DNA from: an uncultured Spirochaetota bacterium
GTDB taxonomy: Bacteria > Spirochaetota > Spirochaetia > SZUA-6 > Fen-1364
DNA: 64,000 bases
Reading direction: 5' to 3'
Assembly: GCA_963745235.1 (NCBI GenBank)
Contig: CAVUXE010000099.1
Span: 64,001 to 128,000, forward strand
Shown here one piece after another: positions 22,854 through 32,609 of this stretch. The notes below the pieces were generated by a model. That model had not been told where the DNA came from. It worked only from the letters and a program-made list of their open reading frames with translations, and ran no database searches. The position numbers and the translations under genes are program-made. Each line of letters begins with the position of its first letter. Position 1 is the first letter of the stretch.

Positions 22854-24371
22854 AAGACAACTGCTGCTTGCCTGCCTCCTCATCTTTTCCCTGACGGGCG
22901 GGTTCGCCATGGCGCAGGCAGGATCGCTGGCGGCCGGATCTCCAGCATCGCTGGAGACGGCTCGCAACGCGCTGCAGCACGGGGAGAACAAGGCGGCCTT
23001 GGATATTCTCCGAGCCTTCAGAGCCGGAAACCCGGACCAGGCGAGCCTGGATGAGTCCTTCGCGCTGAGCGTTCAGGCCGCCATGGGGGACGGAAACGAA
23101 TACCTGGCGCGCTATTTCACGCAAAGGCTCGTCGCGGGATCCCCCGGTTCAGCGGCGGCGTTCCAGTCCTGCCTCCGGGTGGCCGCCCGAGCGTACGCGT
23201 CGCGATCCTATGCCACCGCCCTGGAGTTCTATGAGGATGCGGTTGCAAGCTTTGACGCCGGGCGCCGGGGGCGCGAGAGGACCTGGACATGGCCCTCCTT
23301 CGAGCCGCGGAGCTGCTGGTCTACCACGAGAGGGACCCGCGGACGGCGGGGTCGTATTTTCATCGTATTGTTCCTGGCAACATACCGCGGGAAGAGCTTC
23401 CCCTGCTGCGAGCCATGCGCGTGCGGCTTGCATGGAGTCATCTTTCGGCCCAGATGCTCGGGCTGCCGGACGGCAACGTCTCCGCCCTCAGGGTGGATGC
23501 GGACGACCTTTGGGTGGGCACGTGGAATGGAGGGGTGGCCCGCTACTCGGTGTCAGCGGGGCGCAGCGACGCTTTTCCGACCCCCACGTTCTGCCGCTCC
23601 ATAGAGGTGGCCGGGCGCCGTGTCTGGGTGGGCGGGACCGACGGGCTGGGGTGGTACGGGAAGGCCACAGGAATCTGGGGAACGGACGCTGCGTTTCTCC
23701 CCCGCAAAGTGCAGGCCTTGAAGCTGGTCGGTGGAGTCCTCTATGCTGGCACCCTGGGAGATGGCCTGTTCCGGCTGGGCTCCGACTCCTGGGCGCAGGT
23801 GACCGACGGCGACCTTCCCGGTCCCTTCGTGACCTGCATCGAAGAGTCCCGCAGGAGCGGCTCGCTGTATCTTGGCACGTTGAGCCTCGGCCTCGTGATC
23901 ATGGACAAGGGGACAGGCCGCATGAAAAGTCTCTCCGAGATCGTCTCCTCGTTCTCCGCCTCCAACATCACGAGCGTTCTCGAGGACTCGGAGGGAAGCG
24001 TGTGGATTGCGACGTACGGGGATGGCCTCTATCTGTGGCTGCCCGCCGCGAGGACAATCCGCCACTTCAGCAAGTCAACGGGTGAGCTGGGAGATGACTG
24101 GGTCCTGGCGGTCTGCGAGACGGACAGCGCGGTCTATTTTGGCAGCTTTGGCGGGGGCGTCAGCGCTTTCCGAAAGGCGGCCCTGCCGAAGGCGGCCTCG
24201 CTGAAGGCGGCGGCTCCGGCAGTCGAGAGCAGCCGGTGGCGCAGGATCGGGATCTCGGACGGGCTTGGCTCCCTGGATGTATCCGCAATTGCCTCCCGGG
24301 CGCCGTACGTCTTCTTCGGCACGCTGGGGGCCGGGGTGAGCGTCTACGACGAGGAAGCCGATGGTCCGTAG
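22850..24371 (+). CDS. Exported TPR-like plus beta-propeller protein (frameshifts ~22855, ~23270)
   Basis: Signal-like LLLACLLIFSLTGGFAMA, a helical region, then repeated LWVGT/LYAGT/VWIAT/VYFGS..GG(V/L) blades. Confidence 0.75.
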
Positions 24372-25647
24372 CTATCTGCGCACGTACCTGTACGTGGGAC
24401 GCGAGTACCTGCTCTCGTTCGCCGTGGCGTTCCTCTTTTTCTTCTTCATTTTTTTCCTGAACCAGATCCTCGTCATGGCTGAGGAAATCTTCTCGAAGAA
24501 GGTCCCCTTCTGGGACGTCCTGCTCCTCGTCATCTATTCGCTTCCGATTGTCATCGCCTTCTCTTTTCCCTTCGGGTCCCTCGTGGGGGCGTTGATGGCC
24601 GTTGGAAGGCTTTCCTCCGACAACGAGCTCCTGGCCTTCGGCGCCCTGGGAGTGCCCTCCCGCCACCTGGTCGCTCCCCTGCTCATCGTGGGGCTGCTGC
24701 TTTTCCCTCGTGTCCTTCGTCATGAACGACTACTTCCTTCCCCTGGGGAACATCCGCTTCGCGGAGATCTACCGGCGGATCCTGTACTCCAATCCCGCCG
24801 TGGAGCTGGAGTCGCACTCGATAAAGAAGTACGAGAACACGACCATCATCACGGGTGATGTCGATGGAAAGCAGATCAAGGACCTTCTCATCATCGACAA
24901 GTCCCCGGAGGGAAACCGGCGCATCATCACGGCCAGGGACGCGCACCTGGAGGAGAGCCGGGCGCAGCGGGGCGTCGTCTCCCTTACCCTGGACTCCGTT
25001 TTCACCCAGGTGAGCTACCCGGCAGAGGGGGACCGCTACGACTACACCGTTGCGCAGTCGATGGTCTACAACATACTCTTGAAGGACATCTCCGTGTCCC
25101 TGGGCGGGATCAACCCGTCCTACCAGAGCTCCGTGGATGTCTGGAAAGAGATCCGCGGCAAGCAGGCGGACCAGGACAAGGCGCAACGCGAAAAGGACCA
25201 GAAGGTGAAAGAGCTCCAGTTCGGGCTTGCCTCCGGGCTGCGCGCGGCGGAAACGGCGGCGGCTGCGGATCCATCGCAGCTTGGCGGCCGCGCGGCAGCA
25301 AGGTGGTCGAGCTGTGGCGGGACTTCTCCGCGGAGGAGGCCAGGAACGTCACGGACCAGGCCCTGCAGGCGTATCTCCTGGAGTTCTACCGCAAGTTCTC
25401 CATGCCCGCCGCCTGCCTCGTCTTCGCCTACTTCGCGTTCCCCGTGGGCGTTCGGGCCCGGCGGAGCGGACGCACGGTGGGCTTTGCCGTGGGGCTTTTC
25501 GTCTCCATCGTGTACTGGGGAATGCTCTTTGCCGGCCAGACCTTCGGCGTCAGGATGTCGCTCTCCCCGGCGTTCTCCATGTGGTTTCCGGACGCCATCG
25601 TCCTGGCGGCGGCCCTGGTCTTCTTCATCTCGAGAAGGGCCAGATGA
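24361..25647 (+). CDS. lptF: LptF/LptG family permease (frameshifts ~24700, ~25290)
   Basis: GRLSSDNELLAFGALGV, three TM helices, periplasmic domain, EFYRKFSMPAACLVF, three more TM helices. Confidence 0.88.
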
Positions 25648-26723
25648 GCATCCTCTACCGTATGCTGATCCGCCAGTTTCTTCCCCTGTTCCTCCTGGCT
25701 GTCCTGTTTTTCGTGCTGCTGCTCCAGCTCATCGACGTCTTCGGAAGCATCTGGCGCTACTTCGCCCACGACGTCAGCTTCGCGCAGATCGGCTGGATCG
25801 CGCTTCTCTATGCGCCGAAATGCATCTCGTACGCCCTTCCCGTGTCGTTCCTGTTCGGCATCTCGTACTCCCTGGGCCTCTTTTACGCCAACAACGAGCT
25901 GTTCGCGATCTTTGGCTCGGGGGTAAGCCTTCAGCGCCTGGTAGCTCCTTTCCTTGCCATCGGCGTCATCCTGAGCGTGGGGGCCTTCTTCTTCGAGGAC
26001 GCGGTGGTCATTCCGACCTTCCGGATGAAAAACGATGCATACACGGACGCCGTCAAACAGACCACTTCCCTCAGCCAGTCCAATGTGACGGTGACAAGCC
26101 CTGACCAGCGCGTGGTGTACCAGGCAGACTACTACAACGACGCCGAGCAGCGGCTCTCCGGGCTGACCATCGTCGTTCGTGACTCCCAGATGGAGATATC
26201 CCAGCGCATAGACGCCCAGTGGGGCGAATGGAAGGGCACGCACTGGGTGCTCCACGAGTGCAGCGTTTTCACCTGGAGCCCGGACACCGCGACCCTGAGC
26301 AATACAAAGGCCGCAATCTGGGATTCGGCCCTCCTCGGAGAGCCGCCGGACACTTTCCGCAAGCTGTCGCAAAACGTGGAGGAGATGGACCGGGCGGAGT
26401 CCCAGCGATACGTGGCCGCAATCCGCAAGGCGGGGCTGCCGTTCCGGGAGGCTCTCACCGACTATTATCGCAAGTACTCCTTTGCGAGCACTCCCCTGAT
26501 CGTGGCTCTCATCGCGAGCAGTCTCGGAAGCACTTTCAAGAAGAACATCCTGCTGATGAGCCTGCTCTCCGCGCTCGTCATATCGGTGGTCTTCTATGTC
26601 TCGCAGATGGTCGCGGCAATCCTCTCCAAGAACGGCTACATTCCCCCCCTGGCCGGCGCGTGGAGCCCTTTCTCCCTTTTCCTCGTGCTCGGTTTCATGC
26701 TATTCAGAACCGCACGCACATAG
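25644..26723 (+). CDS. lptG: LptF/LptG family permease
   Basis: NNELFAIFGSGVS, IDAQWGEW, KYSFA, IPPLAGAWSP. Confidence 0.88.
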   Translation: MSILYRMLIRQFLPLFLLAVLFFVLLLQLIDVFGSIWRYFAHDVSFAQIGWIALLYAPKCISYALPVSFLFGISYSLGLFYANNELFAIFGSGVSLQRLVAPFLAIGVILSVGAFFFEDAVVIPTFRMKNDAYTDAVKQTTSLSQSNVTVTSPDQRVVYQADYYNDAEQRLSGLTIVVRDSQMEISQRIDAQWGEWKGTHWVLHECSVFTWSPDTATLSNTKAAIWDSALLGEPPDTFRKLSQNVEEMDRAESQRYVAAIRKAGLPFREALTDYYRKYSFASTPLIVALIASSLGSTFKKNILLMSLLSALVISVVFYVSQMVAAILSKNGYIPPLAGAWSPFSLFLVLGFMLFRTART

Positions 26724-26739
26724 GAAGGGAACAGCGATC

Positions 26740-27687
26740 ATGGAATACGCAGCGGGCATTGATTTCGGGGGAACCTCTGCGAAGATCGGGCTGATCGGAA
26801 GAGACGGCGCGGTCCTTGCCAAGGAAACCGTGCCCATCGATTCCCGCGCGGATTTCGAGGGCGTCATGCGTCCAGTTGCCGAAAGGCTCAACGCCCTGGT
26901 GTCGCGGAGACCGGGCACGGACCGGCTGATCGTCGCCGGGATCGGGATGCCGGGCTTCATCGAGAAGCAGGCGGGGATCGTTGTCGGCGGCGCTGAGAAC
27001 ATTCCGTGCTTTCAGGGCAGGTCTCCCCAGGACTCCATTTCCCGGGCCCTCGGCGTTCCCGCGTTCTCGGAAAACGATGCAACCAGCGCGGCCGCGGGAG
27101 AGCTGATTTTCGGCGCCGGGAGGAAGCTCTCGAGCTTCCTCCTCATCACGCTGGGAACCGCAATCGGCGGCGGGCTCGTCCTGGAGGGCAGGGTATACCG
27201 CGGCTCCCGCGGCTTTGCCGGAGAAGTGGGCCATCTCTGCGTGGTGGCGGACGGGCTTCAGTGCAACTGCGGCAGCAGGGGATGTTTCGAGCAATATGCC
27301 TCCGGGACGGCAATGGTTCGCACGTATCGGGAGAAGCTTCGAAAACGCGGCTGTGAGGATCTGGCCGCCACGCCGAAGACCATCGCGGACCGGGCCCGCT
27401 CAGGGGATGCGCCGGCTCGGGAGACCATTGAAGAGGCCGGCCGCTACATCGCGCAGGCCCTGGGGAGCATCCTCAACGTCCTGGACCTCGAGGCGTGCCT
27501 GGTGGGCGGCGGAGTGGCGGAGGCGGGAGACATCCTTCTTGAGCCCGTGAGGCAGAGACTGCCGGACTACTGCTGGCCCGAGATCGCAAAAGGAATGCGG
27601 GTGCTGAGGGCGGAGCTGGGAAATGACGCCGGCATCCTCGGAGCCGCGGCCCAGGCCCTGGAGCGCCTGGAAGGCGCGGTGAGCTGA
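26740..27687 (+). CDS. ROK family sugar kinase (glucokinase-like)
   Basis: GIDFGGT, ENDA, TLGTAIGGG, GEVGH, CNCGSRGCFE, NDAGILGAA; no N-terminal HTH. Confidence 0.92.
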   Translation: MEYAAGIDFGGTSAKIGLIGRDGAVLAKETVPIDSRADFEGVMRPVAERLNALVSRRPGTDRLIVAGIGMPGFIEKQAGIVVGGAENIPCFQGRSPQDSISRALGVPAFSENDATSAAAGELIFGAGRKLSSFLLITLGTAIGGGLVLEGRVYRGSRGFAGEVGHLCVVADGLQCNCGSRGCFEQYASGTAMVRTYREKLRKRGCEDLAATPKTIADRARSGDAPARETIEEAGRYIAQALGSILNVLDLEACLVGGGVAEAGDILLEPVRQRLPDYCWPEIAKGMRVLRAELGNDAGILGAAAQALERLEGAVS

Positions 27688-28832
27688 TGGCGTTCACCAT
27701 CTCCCACCGTGACCCGGGCTGCCAGGCGCGCACGGGTTCACTTGCGCTCAATCACGGAACCGTGTCCACTCCCTGCTTCATGCCGGTGGGAACCAACGCT
27801 ACTGTCAAGGCCATGAAGAACAGGGACCTGGAGGAAATCGGGGTCAACCTCATCCTGGGAAACACGTACCACCTCTACCTGAGGCCGGGCCGCGAGGTGA
27901 TCCGCGAAGCGGGCGGACTGCACTCCTTCATGGGATGGCGCCACAACATCCTCACGGACTCCGGCGGCTACCAGGTATTCTCCCTTTCCTCCTTTCGAAA
28001 GGTGGAGGACGACGGGGTGGTGTTCCGCTCCCACCTGGACGGGTCCACGCACCGCCTCACCCCGGAGGACGTGCTGGACATCCAGATGGTCCTGGGAAGC
28101 GACGTGATGATGCCGCTGGATGAGTGCACCGCGCCGGGGATAACCCGGGAGGCAGCGGCCAGCGCTCTTGCCAGGACCACCGCGTGGCTCGGTCGGACCA
28201 GCAGGGAATGGCGGGGACGACGAGCCGCCATGACGGGCCAGCTCTTCGGCATCATGCAGGGCAACTTCTTCAAGGACCTGCGCGCGCAAAGCGCGTCGGA
28301 GATCGCCGCGCTGGACCTGCCCGGCTACGCAATCGGGGGCCTCTCTGTGGGGGAGGAGTTCCCGGTGTTCAGGGACCTGCTCCATTACTCCGCGTCCCTT
28401 CTCCCGGACGACAAGCCGAAGTACCTGATGGGAATCGGGACACCGCAATACATCCTGGAGGCGGTGGAAGCAGGGATCGACTTGTTCGACTGCGTCTTTC
28501 CCACGCGCACGGCGCGAAACGCGCAGGTCTTCAGCTCCGAAGGGCCCCTCTCCCTGAGGAACGAGAAGTACAGGAACGACTTTCGGCCAATTGATGAGCA
28601 GTGCGAATGCGAGACGTGCAGGAGCCACTCCCGCGCCTACCTCCGCCATCTGTTCAAGGCGAAGGAGATCGAGGCCGCGGTCCTCGCGACGTGCCATAAC
28701 CTCACGTGGCTCCACCGTTTTGTCCAATCCGTGCGGGACGCAATCTCGCGGGGCCAGTTCATGCGCTTCAAGTCGGATTTCCTGGAACGCCTGGGGGAAA
28801 CACCCGAGCCCCTGCGGCAGGGAGCAGACTGA
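27687..28832 (+). CDS. tgt: tRNA-guanine(34) transglycosylase
   Basis: TPCFMPVGT, NTYHLYLRPG, TDSGGYQ, IGGLSVGE, YLMGIG, FDCVFPTR, CECETC. Confidence 0.98.
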   Translation: MAFTISHRDPGCQARTGSLALNHGTVSTPCFMPVGTNATVKAMKNRDLEEIGVNLILGNTYHLYLRPGREVIREAGGLHSFMGWRHNILTDSGGYQVFSLSSFRKVEDDGVVFRSHLDGSTHRLTPEDVLDIQMVLGSDVMMPLDECTAPGITREAAASALARTTAWLGRTSREWRGRRAAMTGQLFGIMQGNFFKDLRAQSASEIAALDLPGYAIGGLSVGEEFPVFRDLLHYSASLLPDDKPKYLMGIGTPQYILEAVEAGIDLFDCVFPTRTARNAQVFSSEGPLSLRNEKYRNDFRPIDEQCECETCRSHSRAYLRHLFKAKEIEAAVLATCHNLTWLHRFVQSVRDAISRGQFMRFKSDFLERLGETPEPLRQGAD

Positions 28833-29606
28833 TGCGGTCCGCGTTCCTCGCCCTTGCAATCATGGCCGTTCCCGCCCTGGCGCTCCACGGGCAGTCGACG
28901 CAGACAGGCGAGGTTTCCCTCCCCCGCGAGGCCGTGCGGGCGGCCATGGGGTACCTCGGGGTACCGTACGTCCACGGCGGCGCCACGACGCACGGGCTCG
29001 ATTGCTCGGGCCTCGTGTACCGCGTGCTCCAGGACACCGAGGGAATAGCGGCTCCCCGCGGAGTCGACGCCCTTTTCCATGCGGGGTCTTCCGTGACATA
29101 CCCCATTCACATCGGGGACCTCGTGTTCTTTGACACGGAAAGCCTGGCACACCCGATCATTCCTTCGCACGTGGGCATCTACGCCGGAAACGGCAGGTTC
29201 ATCCACGCGGCATCGGAAGGGAGCCGCACAGGCGTCATTGTCTCCTCGCTGGACATCCCGTACTACCATGACCGCTTCCTGGGCGCGCGCCGGATCATTC
29301 CCTGGCGCGAGCCCGTGCTGGACGTTGTTCTCACCGACAGGGCGAAAGAGCTCACGACGGCCAGCCCGTTCCCGTCCCGGGAGAAAATGACCATCGAGGT
29401 CTTCAACAGGATGACAGGGGGAGGGCCCATGGACCTCACGGTCCTGAGGGACGGAAGACAGGTCCTGGCGGCCCGCATTGCGCCGGGTGCCTCTCGCCCG
29501 GCGGTCATCCCGCTTGTTCCCGACGCGGGCACCTGGGACGTCAGGGTCGAGCCGGCTGTGGAAGGGGAGGGAGCTTGAGCGCATCACCTTCACGGTCGAG
29601 GAATAG
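28832..29606 (+). CDS. NlpC/P60 (C40) peptidase with C-terminal Ig-like domain (probable frameshift ~29550; annotated frame stops at 29578)
   Basis: Signal peptide, LGVPYVHGG, DCSGL, GDLVFF, HVGIY, FIHA. Confidence 0.9.
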
Positions 29607-29622
29607 GGTGAGGAAACCATAA

Positions 29623-31212
29623 ATGAAGGAGTCGGCGCAGCTGCGAAGCGCAGGCCCGGCAGGGGTGGGACGGGGAAGCTCGCTTTCGGCGGCCATCGTC
29701 ATGGCCTGCACCGCCGGCTCCCGCCTGTTCGGATACGTGCGGCAGGCGCTCTTCAGCTACTATTTCGGGGCCTCGGGGGCCGCGGACTCCCTGAACGCCG
29801 TCTTCAACATCCCGAACAACCTTCGTAAGCTCTTCGCGGAAGGGGCGTTCTCCTCCGCGTTCATCCCCGTCCTCTCCTCCACCATGGAGGAAGACCCGTC
29901 AGGAGCCAGGCCCCGAAGGCTCGCAAGCAACCTGGCCGCCTTTCTCATCATTGTCCTGCTCCCGCTTGTCGGCCTGAGCATCGCTTTCCCACGGCTCTTC
30001 GTCGAGACGCTGCTCAGGTTCTCTGATCCGGCAAAAGTGGCCGTCGGCGCCCAGGGCATGCAGTGGATGTTCAACTACATCCTCCTGGTCAGCCTCAGCG
30101 CCCTCGTGATGGCGGTGCTGAACTCGCACGGAAAGTTTACCGTCCCGGCCCTCAGCCCTCTTCTGTTCACGCTGGCGACCGTCCTTTCCATCGTGTTTCT
30201 CAACGGCCGGTTCGGCATCCTCTCCATGGGGATAGGCGTGCTCCTTGGCGGCATCCTCCAGCTTGCAGTGCAGATCCCATCCCTGCGGAAGCTCGGCTAC
30301 TCGGTGCGCCCGGACTTCCACCTGGCCAATCCTGATTTCACCCGCACCGTCCAGCTCTGGGTGCCGTACCTCGCTTCCGCCTCCATTCCCACGGTCACGC
30401 AGTTCTTTGCCCAGCTATTCGCCAGCGGCCTGGAGGATGGAAGCGTTTCGGCAATCGTCAATTCGGTGATGTTCCTCCAGATCCCCATCGGGATCTTCAC
30501 CGCGTCCATCAACACGGTGCTCTTTCCCCGCATGAGCAGGCAGGCCACGCGCTCGGACAGGGAAGGGTTGCGCGGATCGGTGTCCTATGGAATCGAGTCC
30601 CTCATTGTGCTTCTTGTCCCCTCGACGGTTCTCCTGTGCCTTTTCGGAAGGGAAATCATTGCGGCCGCGCTCCAGAGAGGGCATTTCAATCAGGCCGCGA
30701 CCTTGCTGGCATCCCGGACACTGACCGGCTACGCGGTTGGGCTCCTCTTCATGGGTGTCTACCAGTTCCTGCAGCGGCTGTTCTACTCGCTGAAAAGCTT
30801 CTCCGTCCCCCTTGCAAGCGCCGCGGTCGTGGCCGTGATCGACATTGCCCTTTCACTCATCCTGAAGGAGACCCCGCTCCGTGTGAGCGGCCTGGCATAC
30901 GCCAATTCCATTGCGTTCACGGTTGGGGCCATGATGCTTGCCGTCATTGCGCGTCGCAGGCTCGGGGGAATCGGGGCGCGTTCGGTTGCCCGCGCCCTGG
31001 GCAAATCCGTCCTCGGGTCGGTCCCCATGGCGATATTCATCATGCTGTTCCAGTCCTGGAAGCCCGGGCTTTGGGCACACGGCGGCAGCTTGCGCGGGGT
31101 TGCATGGATCGCGGCCGCGGCGCTCGTGGCCGTCGCGCTTACCCTCGTCGTCTACCTCGTGTTGAGAGTCCCTTTCCTTGCCGATGTGATTGCCAGGAGG
31201 AAAAAAGACTGA
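29623..31212 (+). CDS. murJ: Lipid II flippase MurJ (MviN)
   Basis: SRLFGYVR, IPNNLRKLFAEGAFSSAFIPV, many TM helices. Confidence 0.96.
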   Translation: MKESAQLRSAGPAGVGRGSSLSAAIVMACTAGSRLFGYVRQALFSYYFGASGAADSLNAVFNIPNNLRKLFAEGAFSSAFIPVLSSTMEEDPSGARPRRLASNLAAFLIIVLLPLVGLSIAFPRLFVETLLRFSDPAKVAVGAQGMQWMFNYILLVSLSALVMAVLNSHGKFTVPALSPLLFTLATVLSIVFLNGRFGILSMGIGVLLGGILQLAVQIPSLRKLGYSVRPDFHLANPDFTRTVQLWVPYLASASIPTVTQFFAQLFASGLEDGSVSAIVNSVMFLQIPIGIFTASINTVLFPRMSRQATRSDREGLRGSVSYGIESLIVLLVPSTVLLCLFGREIIAAALQRGHFNQAATLLASRTLTGYAVGLLFMGVYQFLQRLFYSLKSFSVPLASAAVVAVIDIALSLILKETPLRVSGLAYANSIAFTVGAMMLAVIARRRLGGIGARSVARALGKSVLGSVPMAIFIMLFQSWKPGLWAHGGSLRGVAWIAAAALVAVALTLVVYLVLRVPFLADVIARRKKD

Positions 31213-32561
31213 AGCCCGCATCCTGGTTTGCCGTCCTGTTGCCGGCAGTGCTGCTTCTTGCAGGCCTCCCCGGGGCGTTTGCGGCGGATGACCAGGCCAA
31301 GGCCATCGAGCGTACCCGACAGACCCTCCTGTATGGCATCGACAGCCAGGTCCTGGACGTGGTGCAACGGATCTCCTCCACGAGAGACGGACGGTTCACG
31401 AAGGAGCTCATCTCCGTGCTTTCGGACACCCGTTCGGCTGACGTCAAGAAGGCCATTCTCGGGGTCTTCCAGGACCAGGGCATAAAGGACGGGGAGGGCA
31501 TGGCCCGCCAGACCCTCGGTGACGTTGAGAACCAGGCGGGGGACGTCGTGGTGGCCTGCGTGCGCTACCTCTCCGCAATCCATGCGGCCGGGATTTCCCC
31601 CCTCCTTGTTCCCCTGCTTGATTCCGCGGACAACGGGGTGGCGTCGGAGGCCATACGCGCGTGCGGAAAGTCAGGAGAAGACTCCTGTGCCGCCGCGCTG
31701 GAGGCGAAGCTGAAAAGCCCGGACTTCCCGGATGCGCGCAAGTCTGACGTGATCCTGGCCCTCGGGGATCTCAAGGACCAGAAGGCAGCGGATGACCTCA
31801 TGGCCATCGCGAAAAACACGGACGAGGACAAGTTTCGAAGAGCGTATGCCGCGGATGCCCTGGGAAAGATCGGTGACGTCCGCGCGGTGCCCGTGCTCAA
31901 GAGCATGTTCGCGGAGAACGACGCGCTGGTGAGGGCATACGCCGCCTCCGCGCTTGCCCACTTCGGGCTGGACCAGGTGTTCCCCATGCTGATCCAGGGC
32001 TTGAAGGACGACGACTGGAAGGTCCGGGAGCAGTGCGCCAAGGGCCTGACGGGCCGCATGTCAGGGAGCCAGGCGGATACCGCGCTCCCGATACTGGAGT
32101 TCAAGGCGCGCTATGATCCGATCAGCCAGGTGCGCGTTGCCGCCATCCAGGCCATGGGGGGCATGGGCGGCACCCAGGGTGAGGAAACTTTGGCCGCGCT
32201 CTACCAGGGGGCAGGCTATCCCCCGGAGACGCGTGAGACGGCTCTCAAGGCGCTTGTCGGCAGGTCCCTGTCCCGGGCAATCGAAGCAGTAAGAGCGGTC
32301 CTGGCAGCGGAGGGGAAGGGCGTTGATCAGAGGCCCATCGAGGCAACGGCCCGAGTCCTCTCCGAAGCGCAGGGGGCCGGCTTGAAGGACATCTACAGCA
32401 CCATGCTTGCAAGCCCCGACGCCGCCGTCCGTGCCTACGCGATCCGCGGAGTGGCGGCAAATGGCTTCAATGATCTCAAGGACAGGCTGAAGGACATGTC
32501 GACCAGGGACCCATCACCCCTGGTGCAGAGGGAAGCGGAGAAGGCGCTGTCGAAGCTGTAG
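31209..32561 (+). CDS. Exported HEAT-repeat protein (probable CTG start)
   Basis: RBS AGGAGG 8 nt before CTG 31209, signal peptide, HEAT/PBS repeats (AYAADALGKIGDVRAVPVL; LKDDDWKVREQCAKGL). Confidence 0.85.
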   Translation: MKPASWFAVLLPAVLLLAGLPGAFAADDQAKAIERTRQTLLYGIDSQVLDVVQRISSTRDGRFTKELISVLSDTRSADVKKAILGVFQDQGIKDGEGMARQTLGDVENQAGDVVVACVRYLSAIHAAGISPLLVPLLDSADNGVASEAIRACGKSGEDSCAAALEAKLKSPDFPDARKSDVILALGDLKDQKAADDLMAIAKNTDEDKFRRAYAADALGKIGDVRAVPVLKSMFAENDALVRAYAASALAHFGLDQVFPMLIQGLKDDDWKVREQCAKGLTGRMSGSQADTALPILEFKARYDPISQVRVAAIQAMGGMGGTQGEETLAALYQGAGYPPETRETALKALVGRSLSRAIEAVRAVLAAEGKGVDQRPIEATARVLSEAQGAGLKDIYSTMLASPDAAVRAYAIRGVAANGFNDLKDRLKDMSTRDPSPLVQREAEKALSKL

Positions 32562-32574
32562 GTCCGCGGCGGAA

Positions 32575-32609
32575 GCGCGGGACGCGCGCTTGAGGCGCAC
32601 GTTCCGCGC
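32575..32609. terminator. GC-rich hairpin between the convergent HEAT and vWA genes
   Basis: GCGCGGGACGCGCGC-TTGAG-GCGCACGTTCCGCGC, a 15-bp stem with 2 imperfect pairs; no clear T tract. Confidence 0.6.

Noticed and set aside
27687-28832. tgt as a DNA-modifying DpdA
   Set aside because: Canonical bacterial TGT motifs and housekeeping context; no dpd genes.
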